Source: Blasia pusilla (taxonomy: Eukaryota). Taken from it: DNA of 64,000 nucleotides. The position numbers were made by a program, and so were the translations under genes. Shown here in pieces: positions 24,201 to 37,304 of the stretch; position 1 is the first letter of the stretch; each line of letters begins with the position of its first letter. Where the stretch lies: positions 26,598,001-26,662,000 of the forward strand of contig CM114271.1 of assembly GCA_050084515.1 (NCBI GenBank), read 5' to 3'. The notes beneath the pieces were generated by a model, which ran no database searches, was not told the DNA's origin, and was given only the letters and a program-made list of their open reading frames with translations.

Positions 24201-27200
24201 CACAGATTGTAGCTTTGTCTCTGTTGTGAGAAACCAGTAAGAGTCAATTAAAGATGTCGAAATTCAGAGGGTAGAATAAAATCAGATCTTACAGAGTAAG
24301 GCACAGGAAGGTAATTTCCTCTAATCAAACTTGAGAAGTTAATAAGAGGCTGACAACCCAGAGGCCCAAAGAACAGGAGAGTTTGTCATGTTAGATAAAT
24401 ACATTTTAGATAAAGGTGTTCGACTTAAAATGTGTTAAAGGAACTACCTAAATGCTGCTACTCTTAGCAGTCCGACATCTAAGCTAAAAGGGTCACTTGG
24501 CCACTTGGTCAGCTGGCCACTTGGTCACTTGGTCACTTGGCCACTTGGTCACATGGCCACTTGGTCAGTTGGCTACTTGCCCACTTGGTCAGTTGGCTAC
24601 TTGCCCACTTGGTCAGTTGGCTACTTGGCCACTTGGACACTTGGCTACTTGGCCACTTGGTCACTTGGCCACTTGGTCACTTTGCCACTCAGACTATCTT
24701 GTCTCTAGCCAATATCCAGATTAGTATATAATCTGGGGCTTGAATAAACATCAGGCTTGAAGTTCTCCATTAAGCTTAGTCGCAGCTTTACCATTGTATC
24801 ATTACCATTGTGTCTACATCTCTCATATAGTTTAACATGTCAGTGGTAAACAATCACCATCAACAGTTGCAGTCACCAAGAGAAAAGCACCCACAACTCT
24901 TCTGCAAGAATTGTATTTCTCTGTGATTGATCCCCATCACTCACACCACAGGATTGAATGGCGCCCCATCCATGGGGATACAATCCTACCTCGAAATTTG
25001 ATTTGACCACACATGGATTCCCCTAAGAAACATGGTTTCCTTCATCACAGTATTCCAGACAAGCCACCTGCCTACTATGTTTGATCTGTCTCTACGTTTA
25101 ATCCTGAGCCAACTATGAGTGTTTGAGACAGATGCAACACACATGAACCAGTTATAATGATGCCCCAGTTCAAACGTGTACCCCCAATATTTGGACGTGA
25201 TGATCTGGATGTATACATCTTAACCATGCACATAATGTATATCTTAACCATGCACATAATGTATAATTAAGAATCAAGAGAGAAACGTGGCCCCTATTTA
25301 GCAAGCAGAAGTGTTGGTGTTCTAAACAAAGCCAGATGCTACTCCCTTCAACATGGCTCCAAGCTTCTATAAGGGCTGCCTCCCATGGACTCTGGGACCA
25401 TTGTACCCACATGACAGTCCCAAAAAAAGATTCCGTACACCAAACGGTAAATGGATACCGGTGAGATTAGTCCAGAATCTGACATTATTAGTCTGGCATA
25501 CGAATTTTGGGGGGGTTGTGGAACTGATTTCCGTGCTAGTGCCCAGTTTTTTTAGGCGTGGAACTCCTCACGACCCCCATGGTCACGAGGACACAATGGT
25601 TTCAGGGTGCCCATGGGAGGCAGCCCTAAATCACGGTATAAGTAACAGAATTTGAAAAGGAACAAGTCCTTGGAGAGCACGCAAGCACCATTCCCTTGAC
25701 ATCAGACGATAGAAAGGTCGAGTTATGATCAGATGTAGGATGAAGCTTTGTAAGTCAGAATAACTCACGACCAAATTCCTCGTGCACCATTTGTTTCTCC
25801 CATAACATGATGTAGTAAGACATATCCAGTGCCCGGAGTGTGAACACTAGACTGCATAAACATACAGACAACACATTATGATAAAATCTCCTCCACTTCT
25901 TATATCCATTCCATTCCATTGCTAGGGTCCCCACAATCGGAGTTTCTCAGCTTTCTAGAAGAGAGGCTACTGTTTCCACGTTGATCTTAACCCCTCGCTG
26001 ACCTTTGCCTATGTATTTGACAATATACCAGAGAGCAGTAAGCCTCTGATGATGGGGAAGCTAGGACAATGGACTTCACAGTGACTAGTAAGAAATTTAC
26101 AAAAGCAAGATTCGTCCTCTATTTGGACAAGGATGCCCATGTCACATCTGAGACAAGTAATTCAAAGCATACTGTAGGCTGACTCAAAGAGTGTGATATG
26201 CAAAGAAAAGTTAGAATATGTTGTAAAACATAGTAACTTGGAGTTTACTATAGTGAAAAGTAACTGATAGAATTACTATAGTAACTTAGTGTTTTACCAC
26301 AGTAAATAGTAATTTCTTGTTACCATAGAGTTACCTCAGTAATTCTGAGAATTACTATGGGCGGCAGGCCCTAACCCTAAAAACCCTAAAACTTAGAAAC
26401 TCATTCTCTTGGCTGTATATAACCCTCTGAGGGTGCCCTGCGAATTTACATTCTCTTACACCTTTCTGGACACAACTCTCTGAGCTGAGGAGCTGATTGA
26501 GAAGCACTGAGTGTGCTTTGCTTACCTGAGTGGATTGTGCTTCTGACCTTAGTAGTTCAGTGTGCTGCTGCTTACAGACTGAGAGGTCTGCTGACTTGAG
26601 GAGTTCAGTGAGTCTTGTGATACAAGGTGTATCACAAGACTAACCTGTACTAGTACAAGGTGTAGTACTAACCTGAGTGGTTGCTATTGAGATGTCTACT
26701 GCTGCTAACCTGAGTGGTTGCTATTGCACTAAGTGTGCTTGTAATAGCTAGGTTGTAGAGAAACTCTGATTCTAAAAGAATATTACAAACCATTGTTCCA
26801 ATGACAGCATCAGTGGCCAATGTTGCCTTAAGGACATCCGACTGCAAAAAAAACAAGAAGTGAGAACCAGACATTTAGTGGTCAGATGTCCATTAATACT
26901 TGTCAGCCCAACAGATTGAATTTTTCTGGCAATTTCATGCATCCTAGACAAGCATGATAAACAAAGTCTCATCTCAAACCTCTCTATTACAGAGTTAAAG
27001 GAAGCATCACCTCAAACCAACCATCAAGAACTTTTGAAGCTGGAGCAAGCAGCAGCTCCATGAGGGCCCTACGCACATCAAGTATATGTAAATAAATTGC
27101 TACTAGCACATCCTGAGAACCTGGATCAATAAACAGGGACAGCACTGAAGGTGCAAGATCGAGCCCACCTGGGAAGACAGTCCGCCCCAAATTTCCGCCC

Positions 27201-29179
27201 AAATTTCGTATTTCAAAGCAAACAACGAAGTGATTGGCCAACCATGCTGGACACTATTTGAAAGTTCTGCACGTGGCCAACTCTCAACCTAAACCCCCCA
27301 GTTCTTTAGCCCTTGGTTGTCCTTGGGCTGCACAAGGTTCCCTATCATGCTCTCATCCTCATCCAAGGATGAGTTCCCTTCTCAGTCTTCCATTAAGAGG
27401 TTCACATGTGAGGTTGTGTAATCCAGTGCACACCAACAAGTTTCTGTATGGTTCTCCTGTTTCTTTCCTGTCTTTATTTCTCAGAATGAATGTGGAAAAA
27501 CGGAAAGCTCCATCAAGATCCCACCAGATTATTTGTTTGTAAACCTTTTACTGGTATATCAAGCTCAGCCCACATTTCACAGGGCACGAGCCTTGGTTTA
27601 CTCTAAAAAAAATGATAGAAACTGAAACTTCCTCACCAAATGGGGCTGGCTGTTACGTCCTCCAAATCCTTCCACGCAATCACACAGATAAGAGCTGAGA
27701 AACAATTACCGCATACTTACATAATTTCTGACTGCCCAGCTGCTGCCATACGTTGCAAAAGTCCAGAGAGCACTTTTGTTTTAGAGACCCCATGCCGCAA
27801 CTTTCCTTGCCAAGATTGACCTCTTGACCCTTTCTCTGGAGGAACAGTATCGAGAAGAGGGTCCATGATATCACAGAAACTTTCCAACTGCTGTATATAC
27901 CTGCCCAGCACCTTCACTGTTAGTCATGTTCACAAATTTCCGGAAAATTTGCCTACGGCAAGGTGATATCTTGCGAAAAAGATGATGCAGGGAGAAACAC
28001 CCTGATTCAATTTTCAAAGTTTTCTCTTCTAGGAACGTGAGAAGACATTCATCTATGCATTTCAGAAAATATTAGCCTACAGCACTAATCGACATCCAAA
28101 AAGTAGAGATTTTGTACCGAGAATAAGCAGCCGCATCACTTTTCGAAAACTTGGAAATTTCTGACCGATTCAAATTCATGTCAGAACCCATCAACAGAAA
28201 CTTTCCATCCAGAGTTGGGGTGAACGAGGACGGATTTCGAGGTAGGAGTTTTAAACCATGCTTGTGAAGAGCTAGATCCCTGGCAATTGAAATGCTACAT
28301 TAGTAACGTGCATGATGCTGATAAGTGCGTACACCTTATCGCAGGTGCAAAAATCACTTCAAATCACTGCCAACCGAGAGCCATATCTTGTAGAAAAAGG
28401 TGAGAGTTCAAAGAAGAACGTAGAAATTATTCTTATCTTCTGAGGGGACAAAAATAAGTTTGGTGTAATTCATCCAGACCTTATGATAGTTGGGCGAAGG
28501 AGACTTTGTACATAACTGGCACGGGAAAATTTGAAACCTGGAATGATCTCTTCCGTAACAGCAGCACCTCCGAGTACAGGCCGCCTCTCTAGAACGACTA
28601 CTTTAAGGCCTGCACGGGCCAAGTAGGCCGCTGAAGTAAGCCCATTATGCCCACCTCCGACGACGATTGCATCCCATTTTCTGCAACCAAAGAAAGTTTA
28701 CATTTCAAGTTCATGTCGAGCAGCCATGTAACAACCGGAAATGCACTCTAATTCTAGATGGCCTGCACCATGTTAAGTATAATCTGAGCATTTATAATGC
28801 TACTGATCAAGGCTACAGAATTACTCCTATGACCACGGAATTTCAAAGCTGTGAAGATGTTTCACGTACAAGAGTTGCCTTCGGCTAATCCAAAATCCGT
28901 ATTTAAGTGAGAAAAAATATTTAATTGTATCCACCAGTGCCAACACGACCGGGCAGCTCTCCAGAGCTGTAAAGTTTCATATGCTACTGAGGATCAGAAC
29001 TTCAGAGATTCATAACTATGGAGGAAACTTTTAGGAGCTTACTCTTTGGCAAGCCAAGCAGTGCCTTCGACCTTAGCATCGGCAGAAATGGAACGATGCC
29101 GATTCACGCATCTTACACTGTATCCTATCTTTGATTGCAAATAGACAGCACGCCAGCAGCTCCATTTCGACCCGACCAT
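12281..29179 (-). CDS. PYROXD2: PYROXD2-like FAD-dependent oxidoreductase (phytoene dehydrogenase superfamily), 17 exons, 598 aa
   Basis: Exons 29043-29179, 28480-28680, 28118-28279, 27721-27900, 27011-27068, 26791-26841, 25769-25851, 23256-23343, 16465-16527, 15922-15996, 15729-15797, 15169-15284, 14505-14617, 14169-14248, 13340-13460, 12634-12700 and 12281-12413. All introns GT-AG; total 1797 nt in frame. Motifs [14 protein letters not shown] (FAD Rossmann), [46 protein letters not shown]. The basic N-terminus may be an organellar transit peptide. Confidence 0.93.
16678..21881 (+). mobile_element. Full-length Ty1/Copia LTR retrotransposon with defective gag-pol, in intron 8 of the PYROXD2-like gene
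   Basis: LTRs 16678-17018 and 21542-21881 differ by 13 substitutions and 1 indel by manual count. 5-bp TSD TGTAG at 16673-16677 and 21882-21886. PBS TGGTATCAGAGC (tRNA-iMet) at 17019-17030; PPT GAGTGGGAA before the 3' LTR. Domain order gag (CFYCNLQGH), PR ([11 protein letters not shown]), INT ([16 protein letters not shown]), RT ([14 protein letters not shown]), RNase H ([13 protein letters not shown]). Several frameshifts and stops. Confidence 0.97.
24491..24689. repeat. 8-bp minisatellite (TTGGYCAC/TTGGCTAC variants), about 25 copies, in PYROXD2-like intron 7
   Basis: GGTCACTTGGCCACTTGGTCAGCTGGCCACTTGG... with a 24-bp higher-order unit ACTTGGTCAGTTGGCTACTTGCCC. Confidence 0.92.
25217..25264. 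repeat. Perfect 24-bp tandem duplication
   Basis: ATCTTAACCATGCACATAATGTAT x2. Confidence 0.9.
25371..25628. mobile_element. MITE with 17-bp TIRs and hAT-like termini
   Basis: AGGGCTGCCTCCCATGG (25372-25388) and CCATGGGAGGCAGCCCT (25611-25627) are perfect inverted repeats. No TSD recognised. Confidence 0.6.
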
Positions 29180-30899
29180 CGCTAACCTTTCACCCTCAAA
29201 TATCCATAATTCACGCATGCGTTAGCACGGCTGCATTCTGTAATGTTACAACAAGGATGACAAAGAAACTGACCAAATTTTCTATGAGTTTCACTCTTGT
29301 CAGGTTCTTCATATCAATTCACTAATAGTGAGAAGATCCTAACCAAACTATAACCTCTCTCAATCTATCGGCATGGCTGGGTGTAATCCACAAGACTGTA
29401 GAAGTCCCGACACAGCCCTAGAATGTCGGGACAACCTGTTCTTTACGTACTCCTCTACTTATATGCGTGAACTTTGAGTGCGCGACAGAGAAATACCCCC
29501 GACACAGTTGCTCATTGTTGAAGTCGAAAAGTTGTGGTGAGCTTGCGATGTCAGATTTGGTGCGATGGTTGGTAAGTGTGGACTCGCATTCATTATTTTT
29601 TTTGATGCAATGAAACTAGTTGAAGAATCGGAGACCTCCCCGCCTTTCGATCCTAGGTTTCTTCCTACTAGCGATGGGAATGATTATGGGGTAGAGAGTA
29701 GGCTCGTGGAGTGAGCCCTTCGGTAACTCCACACTTCTATGAAAATACTATGTTGGGCATTCCGATGGTCGTCATCAACAAGTACTAGTAACGTGCCCGC
29801 GCCAAGCAGCTTTTGTTAGTACCTGAGAAGGAAATAATGAAACCAGTGTGCGACGGAAGGGGGTGAACTCGATGAGAAGAGAGTAGTTAGTTCATAACTA
29901 ATAATGATGGGACAGAATATTTCAAACACAAAAATGTTTGTAAATAAAAAGGCACTTTTCAATAATAATATGATTAAATATGCTTTAGATTGAAGTGCAT
30001 GGTTAGAAAAGGTGGATTGTGGGAAATGATATGTGGTGGAGAATTGAAATTTAATTTGTATGTTTACATGTCAAAAGAATTGAATGAAAAATGATGTGCC
30101 CATCTAACATTTTTAGGATGGAGGAGTTTGGTGGTTAGTTGTGTAGTATTTCTAAGGAGTGTGAAAATGCATTACGATATGGAGAACTTAGAATGGATAT
30201 AGGAAATGGATAGAGGAGGTGGAATTTTATAAGCGGAAAGAATTATCACATTTTGTGACTGGATGCACAAATTGATCGGGTTGAAAGAAGGCATGTAGAA
30301 GCTCGAATGAAGGATTGAAAAGTTTGCAATCGAAGTTATTGTATGAGTGCATATTGAAGTGAGTAGTCGTTCCATTTTTATTTGCACATTAATGTGCGAG
30401 GTCATATGAGATTGATGTTGATCCATATCACAGTGTGGATGGAGCTGGCTAAAATTGAAGAGAGGTAGTAAGACAAGTGGTGTGAAGCAATATAGAAAAT
30501 AGTAGAAAATAAAAAATAATGGAAATAGTGAGTGGAATATATTATGGGTATATTTGAAACTCCAATCTAATGAAAATTTAGAGGAGTTTAGGAATAGATC
30601 AAAAGTTTGGTTTTTCAAAAATATTTCCTCGTAAGAGTTATAATGCCTAGCTATGTAGTATCACTTGCGCAAGAGAGTAAATTATATTAGCCTGTAGTGA
30701 GAGTTTAGGATCATCAACATAGAGTGTTTGTACTTTCTTGGGAAAATATTTGAAATATGCACTAGCGTCTTTCAACATGTCAATAAGAAATGACACTTGG
30801 GACACATGAGTGTATATATATCTCTTCATAAAGAATGTTGAAATCAGAATTCTACTTCTCTCAAATCTCACTTTTAAAATTTTAAAAGCATAGAAAGAT

Positions 30900-31209
30900 A
30901 GTAGATCCCACTAAACCATGTATATGAGGGTAATCACTTACGAAATGAATTGCATGCAAAACTAGTCTACAACTTCTATTGAGAATTAGGTGCTTGGCAA
31001 AGCAACACCTTATTAGAATAGACAAGACTTGAAGAGAGGTCGTCGAAACCAAGATGCATGATTATGAGGTAGATTGGCTCTTTGAGCATTCTCCACACCA
31101 ATACACATTCCTTCTTAGTTGACTAAGGCAACAATAGGGTTCGGGTATGTAGGAACTAATCTCAAGACATATTGCCTTAGAGGGCAAGAGTAGAAGTGAA
31201 TCAAAGAAG

Positions 31210-31253
<44 letters not shown>

Positions 31254-34020
31254 TAGAAGGAGCTAGCTGAAGGGAAGATGGAAGGACCAGCACAACATGA
31301 GCAGACCAGCACACCATGCATAAGCCAACACACTATGGGCAAGTCAACACATCAAGCGAGCACACTATCACCACAATTACCATAACCAAAACTAACAAGA
31401 ATGGTTAAGAAATAACTAGTAATCTAATTAAACTAGGAGATTTTTAACCATGGTGAACTTCCAACCATGATTTGTAGAACTAACCATAGTTAAAACTAAA
31501 TTTAAAAAATTAAAATAAAGGAAAGGTTTAGAATAGCAAAAAAATTTATATGGAATCCTAACACTCCCACCCAAGGAAAATTTGTAATCCCAATCTTGCT
31601 CAAGCATTTTGTATGCTTGATAGATGACAATGATTTGGTGAGGAAATTAACTGCCACATCTTCAGTCCCAATAAACCTTATGTCAATCTCAATCCCCATC
31701 AGATCTCTGATGAAGTGGTGAAGAACGTTGATATGCGCATGCTTAATTCTCACATGATGAATTGGATTATTGCAAAGTGCAATAATTTCTTGATTATCTC
31801 TACAGAAAATTGTAGGTCCTCTCGATATTGGAGAGAAAGTAAGGAAGCCACAAATTTCAAATTTTAACTCCCACTGTAAGTGATATGTCTCTTCTGGTAC
31901 AAATAGCAAGATAAGGAACCATAGACATATCTTCAATCTCCTTCTCAGATTTAGCACACATGGACTTGTAAAGTTTTAGGCTTGGTTCCATAGTAGTAGA
32001 AATAGGCTTATAATCACTCAATCTAAACTTTGCTACGATACTCTTCGTGAAATTATATTGATGAATTGTGATGGTACTAGCCAAGAAATCCCTTGTTGTA
32101 TTGATTCCTAAGAGAGCCTTGGAAGCTCCCAAATCAACCATCTCAAAAGCCTCTTGTAGCCCACGCTTCTGCTCTTGGAAACGGGTGCAAACGTCTCCTT
32201 GAAGTCAAGTCCTTCAATTTGACTAAAGCCTTTCACCATAAGTCTAGCTTTGTACTTGAGGACTTGATAATCTTGATCCCTCTTGGTCTTGTAGACCTAC
32301 TTACTTCCGACAATCTTCCGGATGCGGGGCAGATTGACCATTTCCCAAGTGTGATTTGATTCATGAGACTTGAGCTTTTGCTTCACAGCTTTCTCCCACT
32401 ACTCCCAATCAACACTCTCTTGTGCCTCCTTTTAAGATGTAGGGTTAGCTTCTTGAAGATCTATAGTACAGTCTAACCCGACATTGAATTGAGAGCACAA
32501 ATCTATAAGTTTTTGTTGCTAATTTAATTTTGGGTGTTTTGAATCAAGAATTCTTGATCAAATCCCAACCTCACAATTTTTTAGTTGTCTTGTTGGACCT
32601 TTGGACTATTTATGGCTCCTTAGCAATATTGTCACTTCTTTGCTACACAACTTCCTCAAGGGGAATGACAACTTTAGCGGTAAGTCCTTCATCAACCCGC
32701 ATAGAAGTAGAGGAGAGATCTGTATTTTCTTCATTCACTTCGGAATCTTCAAGCATATACTCAAGAGTAGTAATTGGATTGGCAATTGACTCCTCAAACA
32801 TAGAAGTTGGAACTTGATTTTCATTGAAGATGAAAGATGTAGGGTTAGATTCATGAAGATCTATAGCAGAGTCTAACACAACATTGAATTTGGAGCATAA
32901 ATCTATGAGTTGTTGTAGCTGACTTAATTTTGTGTGTTTTGAATTCTTGATCTGCATTTTCTTCACTCACTTCAAAATCTTCATGCACATAATCAAGATT
33001 TGTAATTGGATTGGCAACTGGCTCCTCATACACAAAAGTTGGAACTTTAATTACATTGAAGATAATATCCATGCTCTTGATAATCTTCTTGGTGGCAAGG
33101 TTGTACATACGATACCCCCTACAATCTGGCAGAAGGCCAAGATGAATGCAGCTCAAAGATCTAGGATTTAATTTCTTTCTTTGATCCTTAGGAATAAGAA
33201 GAAAAGCTTCAACACCAAACACTCGAACCATAGACATACCAAGATGTCTTCCTGACCATGCCTCTTTATGGGTTTTGACTGCTTGAGCTATGGTAGGAAT
33301 AAGATTATATAGGAGATTTGCAGACATGGTTGCCTTAAGCCAAAATGCTTTGCTTAACTTAGAATCAGCAAGTATGTCATTGGTCTTGGTGACAAGCGTA
33401 AGTTTTATTCTCTCTGCCACTCCACTGCCATTATTTAGAAATATCTCTTGCTGAAGATTGAGGTATGATCCCTTTTTCAACAAGACATTTTACAAACTCT
33501 TGGATGAAGAATTCTTGACCTCCACTTTATTTAAAAATCTTGACTTTCTTCCCAATTTGAGTTTCTCCCCAATCAACTAATGCTTTGAACTTGTGTGTAA
33601 CTTCTCCCTTTAGTTTGAGGCGGAACACAAAATATTTCCTTGTACAATCATCAAAAAACATAGACATAATATAAGGCATCTCCAAGGGACTTAATCTTGT
33701 AAGGACCATAGACATCACTGTGGATCAAGCCAAGCTTGGGCTCAAAGCTAAACTTCAATGATGTAGGAAAGCTTCTCTTGTTGTGTTTTCTCTTGATGTA
33801 GAATACATAGAAAAATTTGATAAGAAACAATGAACTTTGTATCTGTGGTAAGTTGTTAAAGATGCCTCATACCTTCTGCACTTAAATGCTCCAACCTTCT
33901 ATGCTAGAATAGGAAAGTTTACTCAACTTTGGCAAGGTTGGCCTTAGCCTTCATGGTACAAGTTCCATCAAGGTGGTAAAGAGATCCGCATGGGAATAAG
34001 CGAGAATAAGCATCACTTGT
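30900..34020 (-). mobile_element. Decayed Ty1/Copia fragment (INT, RT, RNase H) with 3' LTR
   Basis: Minus-strand remnants FFDDCTRK, RKKLNPRSLSCIHLG, KYKARL, MVDLG..LLGI, NPIHHVRIKH. PPT GGGTGGGAG is followed by the LTR start TGTTAG at 31563. The other LTR end (about 30900) and the right boundary are approximate. Confidence 0.85.
31213..31248. repeat. (GA)18 microsatellite
   Basis: Direct read. Confidence 0.95.
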
Positions 34021-37000
34021 GATTGAGGAAAGAATATACCTCATTTTTGTCAATTTTTGGGTTTTATTAGTATTAAATAAATTAGCTTAGGAAAATGAAA
34101 TTTACATGTTTAATCCTCTTTAAGGTAGCTCATTTGTGTGGATCCAACTTTAGGAAAAGAGGTAATAAATAAGACATGGGAGTATAAAAGTAAAGTAGTA
34201 GGGTTGATATATCGATGAAAGAAAAACAAAAGTAGTACGTCTTGGTTGATAGCTAGGGTAGTTAGGTTAGTTTGGAGGATTTAAAGTGAGTTGATGAGGA
34301 TATTTTGGAGGAGATAACATTTAATCTACTTGTGTCAAAATAGGATTGGCTAAGCCTTGAGAGGGAGTCATGTGACACAAGATAATATTAGCATTATTTT
34401 GTACTCTTGTAAATCCCTTGAGAATATATAAAGTGGAAGGACCTTCAAGGGTTCATCACCTTCCACTTCATTTCTTGAGTCTTCCTTGTTACTCTTCAGT
34501 GAATGCAATTGGCTTGCTTGCTCTTCCAATAAGAGTGGATTGCCCCCCTTGGGAGAGTGACTTACTTGAGTTCTATTCTTCGAGAGTTTTAAGAGTCTAA
34601 TATGAAATGGTTATTTGGGGAGACTTATAACCTTAGGGGAGTTTTTTCATACTAGGCATACTTTATGGTTTTGGCTTGTTATTTTCCGAATGAGAGCGGA
34701 TTACCCCTCTTGGGAGAGCAACTCTGCCAAAACCCATTATTGAGTTGCCAAAACTCATTCTTTAGGAGAGTAGAGAATTTTTGTTAAATATGGATAGGGG
34801 TAGAGCACAAGTCATACTTGATTTTCGTAGATAGGCCCTAGTTTACTTGCTATCTATTCTTCCACTTAAGATAGGCATTCATGAACTAAGTCGTGCAATT
34901 TCCAACTCCGGTGATTCTTCCTATTTTCATGTACGGAAGGACATGGGATTGTATTTTGAATGTCCTTATATAGCAATCCATAGATGTTAATAGACCTGCT
35001 CGAGTAGGGTTTAATACTAGTTTTGTTATTTTTCTTGTGTACAAGCGTAAGGTAGTTTACATGGACTTTATAGTTAGGAATTTTGAGATTTGATGTTATG
35101 AAGAAGTGATCGCCTTAGCACTACCATTCGTGATTCTTGTCGTGAGAGAATGGAGAATGTATATAATAATTCTGTACTGAAAAATGAGTAGTTCTTAGAG
35201 AATTCACCTTGCATCAATCACGTCTACTACAACTAGAAGGTTTGCCCTTACTCGAAGAAAAGCTCTCGACACGACAACGTTGTGTAAGATTTAGTGAGAT
35301 GGTGTTATTTTTAAAGTGATAGTGGAGTTGAAAAAAATGTTGAATTTTGAGTAAAGTTGGAATAGAACCTATGCATGACCATATGCACATATGTGTGACA
35401 TACCACCATCCACCATCCATTGACTGTCCATTAGTCATCAATTCTTTAACTTGTGTCATTGCTGCTTATTTCTTGATCGTCACTATTCAATTTTCAACTT
35501 CTTTCAACTATCAACATTCAATAGCAATGATCGATCATCAATGTTAAGTATCAACGATCATTGCTTACCATCGATATCATCAAGACAAATATAGGTGTCT
35601 CATAAATGATTGTTAAGTATGGACTGACTATGAGATGGTTTTCCACACATGCTAGGTGATCTTAGGATTGATGGGATATGAGTTTGGTATTACACTATGA
35701 TTGGTTTCCACTTGGTGTCGATCAGGTAATATGTCATGATGCTTATAGTTGCAACGCACTGCCTCAATGTTAAAGTTGCACCAGTTTTGAGGGGTAGAGC
35801 ATGTGTTTTGATGATATTGTGTAGGGAGCCGATCAACACTGACGAGGGACCATGTCATGATGCCCATAGTTGTAACGCACCACTGATTTCCATACCGCAG
35901 AACTCAATCACGAAGCCACACCCTCGGCCACACCACATCATCAAATGATATGTCGTCACCCTAGTAGTTTTACCATGTCGTATCATAAGACATGTGACCA
36001 CACCAGAGTATTAAGGGGGGTGATTGAAGCGTGATTTTCACTAGCATTGAGAAATTCCACCGATTGATCGGTTGAGGAGTTTGTTTTCACGATTAAGTTG
36101 GATTTGACTTGCAGGGTGTTAGAAGCAACATGTAAATTGATATCGTGTTTCAGGTTAAATTAATCTTTATGGTCTTTTCCCTACATGTGTTAGGGGTTTT
36201 TTGGATCTTGGGTATTTATTGTAGTATGTGGGTTTGTGCGGATGATAGGAACATCATTGATGCATGAGGATAGGGGACATAGAGTCGTGTGGGATCTTGA
36301 AGGTTATTATTATCCTATGTTAATGAGAGAAAAAACTAGCATACAGTTTGCTACACCATCCCACTTATTGCCGTAATGTACACGTCTTAATATAAGAGAG
36401 TGTAGGATAGTATCGCATTGTTTGGTTCCAAGTGATTGAGATTACTCGTGTATGTTATTGTAAACGTCAAAGAAATCTTGAATAGAAACTTTGTAAGTGC
36501 ACAAAGCGACACAAAACCCTTTTTAGTAGTCACAGAGTAGTCGCATCACATTCGTAATGTAGTTAGTTGCAAGCTTGCGACTGTCACAATCGCAAGCCAC
36601 TTGCACGACTCCGACCCTTAGCCTCACTTAGCTACTACATCATGGTTGTGAAGTGCCATTTTATTCCACTCGCAATACAATTACAAGACCCGCACAATTA
36701 GTCACGTGACAACTGCCAAATACTCGTAAGGGTCATAAATTTGTGACTGTTACTTGCATAGCAATTGCAAAAAAGCCGTAAAATCTTTTCTCTATAGTAT
36801 GAATTTAAAAAAAAAACACTTTTTTGCAAATACAATTCACATCCCATAATTGACAAATCTCCAAAATCCGTTTATATAAAATATTTCCAAAATTTATAGT
36901 ACTCCACGCTGAGAATTGTCCTACTCTCTATGTTGAGGTGGTGCACCCTAATATACCACGCCCATGAATCTATGTTAGACTTGTAGAAGATCCATCTCAA

Positions 37001-37304
37001 CTACAAGGCTCTGCGGTTGCTGCCAGAGCATGCAATTTCCCACAATTATGACCCCTACTAACTCACCTAGAACTACTCATCTAGTTCTTGATATGGATAG
37101 GCCCTCCAAATCCACTAGGCCCTCTGCCTGAAGATGACCTCCTTGATATGAGGGCAACCAACTCCTCCATGTGGTGCCCTTCCAACACCTTGTCATTGTC
37201 CATGGTGTCCTTCTCCTCCTCCGACTCCTTGTTGTAGGAGACTTCATCATCCGAAGGATAGGATTACACAATAAGATCCAACCCGAGTCCTGCTCGAGAA
37301 AGTA

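Noticed and set aside
24497-24731. Three overlapping ORFs with TWPLGHL/LGHLV repeats
   Set aside because: Translation artefacts of an intronic 8-bp minisatellite.
26369-26391. CCCTAA/CCCTAAA telomere-like run
   Set aside because: Only about three irregular units, too short for an interstitial telomere.
34100-36500. LTR-like tracts (TATA near 34425, PPT-like AAGGGGGG+TG near 36013), and similarly 61800-63000
   Set aside because: Probably old LTR remnants, but no paired LTR, TSD or coding domain defines their boundaries.
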